Shown piece by piece: positions 1 to 9,460 of a DNA stretch of 64,000 nucleotides; position 1 is the first letter of the stretch, and each line of letters begins with the position of its first letter. The translations under genes were made by a program, and so were the position numbers. Origin of the DNA: an uncultured Chitinophagales bacterium (lineage in GTDB: Bacteria > Bacteroidota > Rhodothermia > Balneolales > CAYWCV01). The notes beneath the pieces are model-generated. The model saw nothing but the letters and a program-made list of their open reading frames with translations. It had not been told where the DNA came from and did no database searches. The stretch is from NCBI GenBank assembly GCA_964456845.1, contig CAYWCV010000001.1, positions 30,771-94,770 of the forward strand. The letters are read 5' to 3'.

Positions 1-1742
1 ATTTCGTCGCGCGGGGGAGCATATGGCTTGTCGGATGTGACCGAATTAACCGTGCTGGAACTCGCTGCCAAGCTCGCCTCACGCTCTGTAAGGGCGTCAA
101 TTCTGGCCTGAATGGCGGAATCCTCAATCTTGGCAAACAAGATTGTACCCCCGGTTACGTGCGCACCCGATTTAAGCATCGCTTCTCCGATGTCATCCCA
201 TTTCGACTTTTGAGTTCCCAATTGCTGCTGCAATTGGGCCATGCGTACAGGCATGATCGGAGCAAACATGACCGACAGGGCCGAACACAGCTGCAGACTG
301 ACATACATGGTCTCGGCACAGGAATCGATATCGGTCTTCCTGGTCTTCCATGGCTCCCGATCGGTGAAATACTTGTTTCCGATGCGTGCCAGTTGCATGG
401 TTTCGGTGATGGCTTCCTTGAAGCTGAAACGGTTATAGGCGTCGGCTACCTTGTTCTTCTGAACGACGATCGATGCCAGGGTCTCGTTGGAATGGTCTGA
501 TAGTGCGCCCACCTGCGGAACCTTGCCGTCGAAATAGCGGACGGTAAATGACGTGGTCCTAAACACGAAGTTGCCCAAAATGTCGGCCAGCTCGCCGTTC
601 ACGCGCTGTTGGAAGTCTTTCCAAGAGAAGTCGGAGTCTTTGTTCTCTGGCATGATGGAACCCATCACATACCTGAGAAGGTCAGCGTCGAAATGGTCGA
701 GGAACTCGTCGACCCACACCGCCCAGCCCCTCGAGGTCGACAGCTTACGCCCCTCCAGATTTAAGAACTCATTGGCGGGCACGTTCACAGGCAGCACAAA
801 ATCGCCGTGCGCATGCAGCGTGGCCGGGAACATGATGCAATGGAAGACAATGTTGTCTTTACCGATGAAGTGGATCAGGTCGGTGTCCTGGTCGCACCAC
901 CAAGTCTTCCAGGCATCCGGATCGCCTTTTTTTATCGCCCATTCCTTGGTGGACGAGATGTACCCAATGGGCGCGTCGAACCATACGTAGAGAACCTTGC
1001 CCTCTGCATCATTTAATGGCACAGGAACGCCCCATTTAAGATCTCTGGTCACCGCGCGGTCGCCCAAGCCGGTGTTGAGCCAGCTCTTGCACTGTCCCAT
1101 CACATTCGACTTCCAACCCTTGCGGCTGTCGAGCCAGGTCTCCAGCCATGGCTGATAGTCGCCGAGGGGGATGAACCAGTGCTCGGTGTCGCGCCACTCC
1201 GCCTCGCCTCCAGTGAGGGCGCTTTTTGGGTCGATCAACTCGGAAGGGGACAGAGACGTGCCGCATTTCTCGCACTGGTCGCCGTACGCTTCAGGATTCG
1301 AGCAGACAGGGCAGGTACCCTTCACATAGCGGTCGGGGAGGAACATGCCAGCAGTAGGGTCGTACAACTGCCGTTCGGTTTTGATCTTGAACTGTCCCTT
1401 CTCGAGCAACCTCAGAAAGATGTCTTGGGAAGTGCGATGGTGAACATCTGAACTGGTTCTGCCATAATGGTCAAAATCGATCCCCATTTTTCGAAAACTG
1501 CCCTGCAACATGGGGTGGTAACGGTCCACGATATCCTGAGGGCGCACTCCCTCCTTGTCGGCGGCAATCGTAATCGGCACACCGTGTTCGTCCGAACCGC
1601 ATATGAACAGAATGTCGGCATCGTTCATGCGCTTGAACCGCACATAAAAGTCTGCAGGCAGGTAGGCACCGGCCAAGTGTCCCAGATGAAGCGGTCCGTT
1701 GGCGTACGGCAGGGCGGCCGTTACAAGTATGCGTTTGCTCAT
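1..1742 (-). CDS. metG: methionyl-tRNA synthetase; the 3' end runs off the window and about 580 N-terminal codons are present
   Basis: Reverse-strand translation from the ATG at 1742 gives MSKRILVTAALPYANGPLHLGHLAGAYLPADFYVRFKRMNDADILFICGSDEHGVPI. This contains the class I HIGH-type motif (HLGH) and a MetRS N-terminus. The frame stays open to base 1, which is why it is absent from the ORF track. Confidence 0.9.
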   Translation of the reverse strand, partial: MSKRILVTAALPYANGPLHLGHLAGAYLPADFYVRFKRMNDADILFICGSDEHGVPITIAADKEGVRPQDIVDRYHPMLQGSFRKMGIDFDHYGRTSSDVHHRTSQDIFLRLLEKGQFKIKTERQLYDPTAGMFLPDRYVKGTCPVCSNPEAYGDQCEKCGTSLSPSELIDPKSALTGGEAEWRDTEHWFIPLGDYQPWLETWLDSRKGWKSNVMGQCKSWLNTGLGDRAVTRDLKWGVPVPLNDAEGKVLYVWFDAPIGYISSTKEWAIKKGDPDAWKTWWCDQDTDLIHFIGKDNIVFHCIMFPATLHAHGDFVLPVNVPANEFLNLEGRKLSTSRGWAVWVDEFLDHFDADLLRYVMGSIMPENKDSDFSWKDFQQRVNGELADILGNFVFRTTSFTVRYFDGKVPQVGALSDHSNETLASIVVQKNKVADAYNRFSFKEAITETMQLARIGNKYFTDREPWKTRKTDIDSCAETMYVSLQLCSALSVMFAPIMPVRMAQLQQQLGTQKSKWDDIGEAMLKSGAHVTGGTILFAKIEDSAIQARIDALTEREASLAASSSTVNSVTSDKPYAPPRDE

Positions 1743-1806
1743 GTTTGGATGTATGATTCGATTATCCGAGTAATATACGACGATGGAGACCTCGATTGAA
1801 ACGAGA

Positions 1807-2352
1807 TCATCGCAGAGAGCGCTCATGAACGGCAAAGAGCGCAATTCCAAGGCTGACGGAGACATTCAGCGAGTGTTTGCGGCCGTATTGCGGAATGTCT
1901 GAGACGTAATCGGATAGTTCGATCACTTCGTCGTCCAATCCCAATACCTCATTTCCGAAAATGAGGATCAGTTTCTCATGCCTTGGATCAGGAAGACCGT
2001 CAGGCATGGCCACGGACCGGGTCGTCTGTTCGACCGATACCAGCTTCCAACCGGCGCGTTGGTAGCCGGCCAAAGCTGCAAGACCGTCGGGGTGATGCTC
2101 CCATGGCACCCACTCGTCGGCACCCAGAGCGGTCTTGGATATCTCAATGCGCGGTGGATGGGGGGTGTAGCCCGTAAGGAGCAGTTTAGACACGGCGAAA
2201 GCATCCGAACTGCGGAAAGCTGACCCCACATTGTGCAAGCTTCGTATGTTGTGCAGGCACACCATTACCGCCCCACTTGGCACTGGCGACTTCTGCACGG
2301 AGTGCTTCGTCTCGAGGTCGGTTGTGCTTAACTTGATATTCGGTGATCTCAT
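1807..2352 (-). CDS. SpoU/TrmH-family RNA 2'-O-methyltransferase
   Basis: 181 aa. The C-terminal motifs LIFGNEVLGL and IPQYGRKHSLNVSVSLGIALF are typical of the SPOUT/TrmH knot region. It lies 64 nt upstream of metG on the same strand. Confidence 0.75.
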   Translation of the reverse strand: MRSPNIKLSTTDLETKHSVQKSPVPSGAVMVCLHNIRSLHNVGSAFRSSDAFAVSKLLLTGYTPHPPRIEISKTALGADEWVPWEHHPDGLAALAGYQRAGWKLVSVEQTTRSVAMPDGLPDPRHEKLILIFGNEVLGLDDEVIELSDYVSDIPQYGRKHSLNVSVSLGIALFAVHERSLR

Positions 2353-2517
2353 CCTAGATAATCGTTCGTAGGCTGTCTTATATTAGAATAATACCTTATT
2401 TTGGGTATTATGTAAGATACGGGCGAAATTACCCGACAAAACCCTGCCCTATGCGGTTCACTGTTTGATCCACATGGCGCAGGGTCTTGTTTATATGTAC
2501 AACCAGACAAAAAGGTC

Positions 2518-2988
2518 GTGAAAATCAACTATTTGAGCCAAGAAGGCTTCGACAAGCTCAAAACAGAACTCAGAGAGCTTACCATCAGCGGACGCAAAGA
2601 AATCGCGCAACAAATTGCCGAGGCGCGCTCTCATGGCGATTTGAGCGAGAATGCCGAATATGAGGCTGCTAAAGAGGCACAGTCGCACCTCGAGAAGAGA
2701 ATTGCCGAATTGGAGAATATTCTGGCCAACTCCAGGGTGATCGACGAGAAGAACTTGGATAACGACAGGGTCTACCTGCTTTCGAAGGTGACCATCCTCA
2801 ATAAAAACGTGAATAAGCAGATGGTGTACACGATCGTCTCAGCTCAGGAGGCCGATTTCAAGCAGAACAAGATTTCGAGCGACTCACCAATTGGCGCCGC
2901 CCTCATGGGCAAGGAAAAGGGCGATTCGGTTAAGGTTAAGGTACCAGCCGGATTGCTTGAACTCGAAATTTTGAACATCGAACGCTAA
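2518..2988 (+). CDS. greA: transcription elongation factor GreA
   Basis: 156 aa with a GTG start. The sequence LSQEGFDKLKTEL...GDLSENAEYEAAKEAQ is the GreA coiled-coil acidic-tip signature. Confidence 0.9.
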   Translation: MKINYLSQEGFDKLKTELRELTISGRKEIAQQIAEARSHGDLSENAEYEAAKEAQSHLEKRIAELENILANSRVIDEKNLDNDRVYLLSKVTILNKNVNKQMVYTIVSAQEADFKQNKISSDSPIGAALMGKEKGDSVKVKVPAGLLELEILNIER

Positions 2989-2999
2989 GGAGGCCACTC

Positions 3000-4328
3000 A
3001 TGAAATTAGCCGTTATTGGTACGGGTTATGTCGGTTTGGTGACGGGAACCTGCTTCGCAGACTCTGGCAACAAAGTGATCTGCGTCGATAACAACGAGAA
3101 GAAGGTGGAGATGCTCCGCAACAAGCAGATACCCATATACGAACCGGGGATCGAGACGTTGTTCGAGCGGTCTGTGCGTGAGGGGAGACTCACATTTACC
3201 ACCGACCTCGAGTCGGCCGTGAAGCACGCTGAGGTCATATTCCTGTGCCTTCCAACACCTCCAGGAGCAAACGGACAGGCCGACCTGAGCTTCGTGCTCA
3301 ACGTGGCCGAACAGATCGGCCCCATGCTCGATGAGTACAAAATTATTGTCAACAAAAGCACGGTGCCCGTCGGGACCGCCGATTTGGTGCGCGATCGCAT
3401 CGCATCGGTCACCAACGTAGAATTCGACGTGGTATCCAATCCTGAGTTTTTGCGCGAGGGCGCCGCCATCGACGACTTCCTGAAGCCGGAGCGGGTTGTG
3501 ATAGGCACCCAGAGTCCGAAGGCCATGGAGAAGATGCAGCTGCTCTACGAACCTTTCGTTCGCAGTGGCAACCCGATCATTTTTATGGACGAACGCAGCT
3601 CCGAGCTGACCAAGTATGCCGCCAACGCCTTCCTGGCCACCAAGATCAGCTTTATGAACGAAATCGCCAACCTGTGCGAACGGGTTGGAGCCAACGTCGA
3701 CAATGTGCGCCGTGGCATTGGTACGGACTCGCGCATCGGCAAGCGTTTTCTCTTCGCCGGCATTGGCTACGGAGGCAGCTGTTTCCCGAAAGATGTGCAG
3801 GCGCTGGGCTTTACAGCCGACGAGTACGACTACGATTTTAAGATCCTCGACGCCGTGATGGCCGTAAACGACAAGCAGCGCCTTAGCATGCTCGACAAGA
3901 TTCGTGCGCACTTCGGGGATGTGACAGGTGTTCAGATCACTGTCTGGGGCCTGGCATTTAAAGCCGAGACCGACGACGTTCGTGAGGCACCTGCTCTTTA
4001 CATCGTCAAGGAACTTGTCGACAGCGGGGCAAAGGTGGTTGCATACGATCCTGAGGCCATGAAGAATTTCAAGGAGTACATGGGGCCAGATTATGCAGAT
4101 AAGATCGACTACGCGAGCAATCCGATATCGGCGCTCGAGGGAAGCGATGCTCTGTTGATCTGCACCGACTGGAATGAATTTCGTCGCCCGAACTTCGAGG
4201 ATTTCAAAGAGCAGCTGAAAACGCCCCTCATTTTCGACGGAAGGAATCTGTACGATTTGGGCCGCATGGAAAAGGCAGGCATCCACTATTACAGCATCGG
4301 CAGAAGAACTGTAATTCCAACGCATTGA
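3000..4328 (+). CDS. ugd: UDP-glucose 6-dehydrogenase
   Basis: 442 aa. It has the N-terminal Rossmann motif VIGTGYVGLVTG and the catalytic region GGSCFPKD. Confidence 0.9.
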   Translation: MKLAVIGTGYVGLVTGTCFADSGNKVICVDNNEKKVEMLRNKQIPIYEPGIETLFERSVREGRLTFTTDLESAVKHAEVIFLCLPTPPGANGQADLSFVLNVAEQIGPMLDEYKIIVNKSTVPVGTADLVRDRIASVTNVEFDVVSNPEFLREGAAIDDFLKPERVVIGTQSPKAMEKMQLLYEPFVRSGNPIIFMDERSSELTKYAANAFLATKISFMNEIANLCERVGANVDNVRRGIGTDSRIGKRFLFAGIGYGGSCFPKDVQALGFTADEYDYDFKILDAVMAVNDKQRLSMLDKIRAHFGDVTGVQITVWGLAFKAETDDVREAPALYIVKELVDSGAKVVAYDPEAMKNFKEYMGPDYADKIDYASNPISALEGSDALLICTDWNEFRRPNFEDFKEQLKTPLIFDGRNLYDLGRMEKAGIHYYSIGRRTVIPTH

Positions 4329-6133
4329 TCATCCTCGGAATATCATGCTATTACCATGATTCAGCCGCGGCCATTCTTCGCGATGGCGACATTGTTGCCG
4401 CGGCTCAGGAGGAGCGTTTCACCCGAATTAAGCACGATTCAAGTTTCCCGACCTATGCCATCGCCTATTGCCTTAAAGAGGCAGGCTGCGACATCGGCGA
4501 TGTCGATCACGTCGTATTCTACGATAAGCCATTTCTGAAGTTCGAACGCATCCTCGAGACCATTGTGGTCGAAGCGCCAAAGGGTCTGCGTTCAGCCTTG
4601 AAGGCGATACCGATCTGGATCAAGCAGAAGCTGTGGATTGAAGACTCGATCCGCAAAGAGCTTGGTTATGACGGGAGTATCTTGTACCCTGAGCACCATC
4701 TTTCGCACGCGGCATCTGCGTATTATCCAAGTCCGTTCAATGAGGCGGCCATTCTCACGATCGACGGAGTGGGCGAATGGACCACGGCGAGCATCGGTCA
4801 CGGCGTCGGCAACAAACTCCACATCCTAAAGGAACTGACCTTCCCCCATTCGTTGGGGCTGCTCTACTCCGCATTAACCTATCATGCAGGGTTCAAGGTC
4901 AATTCCGGCGAATACAAGCTCATGGGTTTGGCTCCATACGGGAAACCGATCTTCTCCGATCTGATTTTTGAGAAGATGATCGACTTGAAGGAGGATGGAT
5001 CCTTCAGGATGGATCAGACCTTCTTCGACTACGCTTCCGGTTTAAAGATGACGTCGGATGCGTTTTCGAGACTGGTTGGTTTTCCGCGAAGGAAGCCGGA
5101 AGAACCCATGTCGCAGCACGTCATGGATTTGGCAGCCTCAGTGCAGGTGGTGACCGAAGAAATCATGGTGCGCATGGCCAAGGAAGCACTTCGTGTGACG
5201 GGTTCCCGCAACCTTTGCCTGGCTGGTGGAGTAGCGTTGAACTGCGTCGGCAATGGACGAATCCTGCGTGAGGGCATTGTCGATGGATTATGGATACAGC
5301 CTGCCTCGGGTGATGCCGGTGGGGCACTGGGGGCAGCCTTGTCGGCTTGGCACTTGTACCTCGGAAAAACCAGGGACGCAAGAACCTCCGACAGCATGAA
5401 TGGATCGTTCTTGGGGCCGTTGTATTCCAACTCCAACATCCGTGCATGGCTCGATGACCGTAATCTCCCGTTTCATGAACTGGATGATACAGCCTTGTAT
5501 GATCGTATGGCCGAGTTGATCGACAGTGGGAACATCATCGGGTGGCTCAACGGCCGGATGGAGTTTGGTCCACGCGCATTGGGTCACCGAACGATTCTCG
5601 CCGATGCTCGAAACCCTGAAATGCAGCGCAAACTCAACCTCAGCATTAAATATCGTGAAAGCTTCCGACCGTTTGCCCCGGCCGTGCTGGCTGAGCATTG
5701 CAGCGAGTATTTCGATCTCGACGTTGAGAGCCCCTACATGCTGTTGACGGCTCCAGTTACCGAACATCGAAAGAAGCAGCCAGACAAGGATGCCTCCGGA
5801 ATGGATTTGCTCTACCAGCTGCGCAGCGACATTCCCGCGGTCACCCATGTCGATTACTCGGCCAGGGTGCAGACGATCGACCAGCACCGAAACCCATCCT
5901 TTTGGAACCTGCTTACGGCGTTCAAAAGGCGAACAGGCTGTGCGGTCGTCATCAACACCAGCTTTAATGTGAGGGGAGAGCCTCCTGTGCAGTCGCCCGC
6001 AGATGCTTGGAACTGCTTCATGGCGACCGAGATGGACGTTCTGGTGATGGAGAATTTTGTCCTTTACAAAAATGAACAACCCGGTGCCGAGCTCGGGGCT
6101 GAAGCGTTCCAAAAAACGTTTGAACCGGACTGA
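4325..6133 (+). CDS. NodU/CmcH-family carbamoyltransferase
   Basis: 602 aa. ILGISCYYHDSAAAILRDGDIVAAAQEERFTRIKHD matches the family N-terminus. The TTG start overlaps the ugd stop by 4 nt. Confidence 0.85.
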   Translation: MIILGISCYYHDSAAAILRDGDIVAAAQEERFTRIKHDSSFPTYAIAYCLKEAGCDIGDVDHVVFYDKPFLKFERILETIVVEAPKGLRSALKAIPIWIKQKLWIEDSIRKELGYDGSILYPEHHLSHAASAYYPSPFNEAAILTIDGVGEWTTASIGHGVGNKLHILKELTFPHSLGLLYSALTYHAGFKVNSGEYKLMGLAPYGKPIFSDLIFEKMIDLKEDGSFRMDQTFFDYASGLKMTSDAFSRLVGFPRRKPEEPMSQHVMDLAASVQVVTEEIMVRMAKEALRVTGSRNLCLAGGVALNCVGNGRILREGIVDGLWIQPASGDAGGALGAALSAWHLYLGKTRDARTSDSMNGSFLGPLYSNSNIRAWLDDRNLPFHELDDTALYDRMAELIDSGNIIGWLNGRMEFGPRALGHRTILADARNPEMQRKLNLSIKYRESFRPFAPAVLAEHCSEYFDLDVESPYMLLTAPVTEHRKKQPDKDASGMDLLYQLRSDIPAVTHVDYSARVQTIDQHRNPSFWNLLTAFKRRTGCAVVINTSFNVRGEPPVQSPADAWNCFMATEMDVLVMENFVLYKNEQPGAELGAEAFQKTFEPD

Positions 6134-6137
6134 TGGC

Positions 6138-6569
6138 ATGAAATCACTCCTCTACATCGACATACCTGTTACTCGCCGCAAAATCGTTGAATTTGGTGCG
6201 GTCTTCTTTGCCGTGCTATCGGTAGTGCTGCCTTTGTTTGTCGCTTGGCGAAATGATTGGTCATGGGTGGCTTGGCTCGACTGGTCAGTCGCTGCAGGTG
6301 TTGCCATGTTGTTGCTCTGTATGAGTACCGGCATGATGATGGCACCTGTCTACAAGGTGTGGATGCGTCTGGCGTTGGTGCTTGGTACGATCATGACAGC
6401 GGTGATCATCACCGTCGTATTTGTACTTCTCATAACGCCGATTGGTGTGCTCAGAAGAGTTCTGCGCAGCAAGTCTGATTACAGCAAGGCATTTGATCGG
6501 CAAAAAGGCAGCTATTGGGTCGACAGGGAGGGTGCATATGACCCTCGCAGCATGGAAAAAATGTATTAG
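6138..6569 (+). CDS. small polytopic membrane protein, SxtJ-like, the usual partner of carbamoyltransferases
   Basis: The ATG at 6138 is in frame with ORF 6057..6569 and lies 5 nt after the carbamoyltransferase stop. The protein is hydrophobic, and its C-terminal ITPIGVLRRVL...YW motif resembles SxtJ-family proteins as I recall them. Confidence 0.5.
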   Translation: MKSLLYIDIPVTRRKIVEFGAVFFAVLSVVLPLFVAWRNDWSWVAWLDWSVAAGVAMLLLCMSTGMMMAPVYKVWMRLALVLGTIMTAVIITVVFVLLITPIGVLRRVLRSKSDYSKAFDRQKGSYWVDREGAYDPRSMEKMY

Positions 6570-6583
6570 GACTGCACGTTCAA

Positions 6584-7051
6584 ATGCAACTAAATCAATT
6601 TCCGGAAATGAGGCTAATCGACGTTTATCCGTACCGGTTTGATGGCGGTCAACCCAAATATTTGCTGCTGCACCGATCTCCGGATGTGATCTACTCCGGA
6701 CAGTGGCGCATGATCGGTGGCAAGGTAAAGCCGGGAGAGACCAGCGTGGAAGCCGCTTTACGAGAATTCGGCGAAGAAACGTCACAAACACCCGTCAAAG
6801 CCTGGGTTTTGCCCGCAGTAAATGCGTTCTATGATCCAAAGGCCGATCAAATTCGGTATATTCCCGCGTTCGCATTTGAGTGTGGGGCAGATCAGGTTCG
6901 CCTCAACCATGAACACGACGCCTACGAATGGCTTACGGTTGAAGTAGCCATCCAGCGTTTAGGCTGGCACGAACAAAGGCGAATTCTACAGATCGCACAC
7001 GATATTATCACCTCGAACTCCGTTCTTCCTGAATGGCAGCTATCCGTCTGA
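6584..7051 (+). CDS. NUDIX hydrolase
   Basis: 155 aa. The Nudix box is GGKVKPGETSVEAALREFGEETS. Confidence 0.8.
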   Translation: MQLNQFPEMRLIDVYPYRFDGGQPKYLLLHRSPDVIYSGQWRMIGGKVKPGETSVEAALREFGEETSQTPVKAWVLPAVNAFYDPKADQIRYIPAFAFECGADQVRLNHEHDAYEWLTVEVAIQRLGWHEQRRILQIAHDIITSNSVLPEWQLSV

Positions 7052-8232
7052 TCCTACTGGTGCTCTTTTTAGTCGCGACTTGCAACGAAGTGGCGGCCCA
7101 GGGGAAGTATAACCTGTCGCCAGCGCCCGATCTTTGGTACAATTCGATTGATGGTGCCAGAATCGGCTTACGCATTCGCGGACAGATGGCGGGTACATTT
7201 GGCGACGGACCACATAGGTTGGATGCCGGCATTTGGCTAGGCTCGAAATTGCCGGCCGACCCAGTTTCCTACTACGTCTCGCTCACCGAGCCGATTCCTG
7301 CCTTCTCCGATTTTGGGTCTGAAGCATCTGTCGAAGGATTCAGCTCCATTCGGGATGGGTATCATACACACGGATTCACAGTATCCAAGAGGTGGCAGAG
7401 GGGGTTCAACGAGAAGGAATTTACGTCCATCAGACTGTTGAGCACTTATGCACAACGGTACGACACGCGGTACGCCTTATTGCCCTCGATGTGGCAGACA
7501 CGACCGGTGTACGCCGTTGAAACAACGTTCCAGTCCCGTCGGGAGTCGGACTTCTGGGGCACTGCAGCTCAGATGCTGCAGCTTACCGTCGGGTCATACC
7601 GGCAAGCCGACACAAGGTCGTTCATGCAATTGGAAGCAGAACACCTTTCGAGCAAGTATCTTGGAACAGGCTTTACGATAAAGCACAGGGTGTTTGTGGG
7701 TCTATCCGGTTCCGACACACCCATTGAGCGCGCATACAGAATGTCGAGCGGTAAGGCGATTGATGAAATTGGGTCGGGAATTACACGGTCGAGAGGCATT
7801 CTTCCACAATCCGGAGTTGACAATGGATGGATTCACACTGCCGACGGTCCAAACCTTCGTGGTTATGGTCGCATCGAGATGAGCCGACTACTTGAGGGCA
7901 GACCAGCTACAGTCCGGAATGTCGGTGCTCTGAACCTGGAACTCGACTACCCAAATCCCGTTACTTGGATGCTGTCGCGAGTACCGGTGCTTGGAGGGGT
8001 CCTCAACAGCCGGATGTATGTGTTTTCTGATCACGGTATGGCCAACAATTCGGTGAAATCGAATGCCGGCGCAGGATTCTCGGTCGGACTCAATATTCCT
8101 GATTATCTTGGAAGAAACCGCTCTCTTTCACTTCGATACGATGTGCCTGCATGGCTATCAAAGCCACAGTCGGGCGAACCGAAATGGAATTATCGATCCG
8201 TTTTTGGCATTTGGAGCATAATCAACCTGTAG
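7033..8232 (+). CDS. secreted outer-membrane beta-barrel-like protein with an Omp85/surface-antigen-like barrel and no POTRA region
   Basis: 399 aa. It has the signal peptide MAAIRLILLVLFLVATCNEVAAQ, an alternating beta-strand-like composition, and GPNLRGYG, which resembles the Omp85 loop-6 RGY/F motif. The start overlaps the NUDIX gene by 19 nt. Confidence 0.45.
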   Translation: MAAIRLILLVLFLVATCNEVAAQGKYNLSPAPDLWYNSIDGARIGLRIRGQMAGTFGDGPHRLDAGIWLGSKLPADPVSYYVSLTEPIPAFSDFGSEASVEGFSSIRDGYHTHGFTVSKRWQRGFNEKEFTSIRLLSTYAQRYDTRYALLPSMWQTRPVYAVETTFQSRRESDFWGTAAQMLQLTVGSYRQADTRSFMQLEAEHLSSKYLGTGFTIKHRVFVGLSGSDTPIERAYRMSSGKAIDEIGSGITRSRGILPQSGVDNGWIHTADGPNLRGYGRIEMSRLLEGRPATVRNVGALNLELDYPNPVTWMLSRVPVLGGVLNSRMYVFSDHGMANNSVKSNAGAGFSVGLNIPDYLGRNRSLSLRYDVPAWLSKPQSGEPKWNYRSVFGIWSIINL

Positions 8233-8236
8233 TCAA

Positions 8237-9460
8237 ATGATCACACTAGTCATCAACTGCGGCAGCTCATCCATCAAATACATGGTGGTGGATGCGGAAA
8301 AGGGCCAAACATTCTGTTCAGGCATGGTTGAGCGCATTGGTGCCGTCACATCGATATTCCGGCACGAAACACCTGGTACAAAGGGCGTCAAGGAGACGAT
8401 GACCATCGAGGACCATACGAAGGCGATCAAGGCCATCATGGACTTCATCATGGGATCTGGCAAGTCGGCACTACCTGAAGGACGCTCGATCGAGGCAGTG
8501 GGCCATCGTGTCGTGCACGGAGGGGAAATGTTCAAGGACTCCGTCCTCATTGACGATGACGTCATTGATGCGATTGAAGCTGCCATCGATCTGGCCCCGC
8601 TACATAATCCCCCAAACCTGAAAGGGATCAAAGCTGCAAAGGAACAGCTTCCGCATGTGCCGCATGTGGCGGTGTTCGACACGGCGTTTCACCACTCGCT
8701 GCCGGCTGAAGCCTACCTGTATGCCATACCAAACCGCCTCTACCGCAGGTATAAAATTCGTAAGTACGGTTTTCATGGCATATCCCATTATTATGTGAGC
8801 CGCAGGTACCATCAGGTGTTCGATCCCGGGCAGACCAAAAAAAGGGTCATAACCATACATTTGGGAAACGGATCGTCGGCCTGTGCGATCAAAGATGGTA
8901 AATCGGTAGATACAAGCATGGGTTTTACACCCCTTTCTGGCCTGATTATGGGAACACGGACGGGCGACATCGACCCGTCCATTCTTTTCTACCTCATTGA
9001 AAAGGAAGAACTGCCACTGAATAATCTGCATGCATTGCTGAACCGCCACAGTGGTCTCCTTGGCATGAGCGGATATGCCGCCGACATGCGGGACCTTATT
9101 CAGGAGGCAGAGAACGGGGACAGAAGATGCCAGCAGGCAATAGATGCGTTCTCTTATCGAATCAAACAGTACATCGGCAGCTACATGGCTGTATTGAACG
9201 GTGTAGATGCAATCATTTTCACGGCTGGGATCGGAGAGAATTCCCCGTTGATACGCGAAAAAGCATTACAACATCTCGAGGGCATTGGCATTCTTTTAGA
9301 CCCGCAGCTGAACAGCCTGGATAATACCCACGGCGACAGAAAGATCAGTTCGCAAGACTCAAAAGTTGAAGTCTACGTCATCCCGACTAACGAGGAGCTC
9401 GTGATTGCTCAAGACACTGCAAAGATCGCAACGGCTGCCAGGCAATCACCATGGGTCTAA
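8237..9460 (+). CDS. ackA: acetate kinase
   Basis: 407 aa. The N-terminus VINCGSSSIKY, the HRVVHGG motif and the ending EELVIA are all typical of AckA. Confidence 0.92.
   Translation: MITLVINCGSSSIKYMVVDAEKGQTFCSGMVERIGAVTSIFRHETPGTKGVKETMTIEDHTKAIKAIMDFIMGSGKSALPEGRSIEAVGHRVVHGGEMFKDSVLIDDDVIDAIEAAIDLAPLHNPPNLKGIKAAKEQLPHVPHVAVFDTAFHHSLPAEAYLYAIPNRLYRRYKIRKYGFHGISHYYVSRRYHQVFDPGQTKKRVITIHLGNGSSACAIKDGKSVDTSMGFTPLSGLIMGTRTGDIDPSILFYLIEKEELPLNNLHALLNRHSGLLGMSGYAADMRDLIQEAENGDRRCQQAIDAFSYRIKQYIGSYMAVLNGVDAIIFTAGIGENSPLIREKALQHLEGIGILLDPQLNSLDNTHGDRKISSQDSKVEVYVIPTNEELVIAQDTAKIATAARQSPWV

Noticed and set aside
3006-4325. A 439-aa open reading frame antisense to almost the whole of ugd. Similar long shadow ORFs occur at 5288-6139 (antisense to the carbamoyltransferase), 14205-15002 (amylase), 46457-47161 (nrdJ), 57395-58198 (uvrC) and 62519-63070 (parB).
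   Set aside because: For four that I checked (ugd, carbamoyltransferase, amylase and uvrC) the shadow ORF is in the codon-aligned antisense frame of a gene with strong family motifs. In that frame a stop arises only where the sense gene uses TTA, CTA or TCA, so the open frames simply reflect avoidance of those codons. The translated products are low-complexity and Arg/His/Val-rich, with no recognisable motifs.
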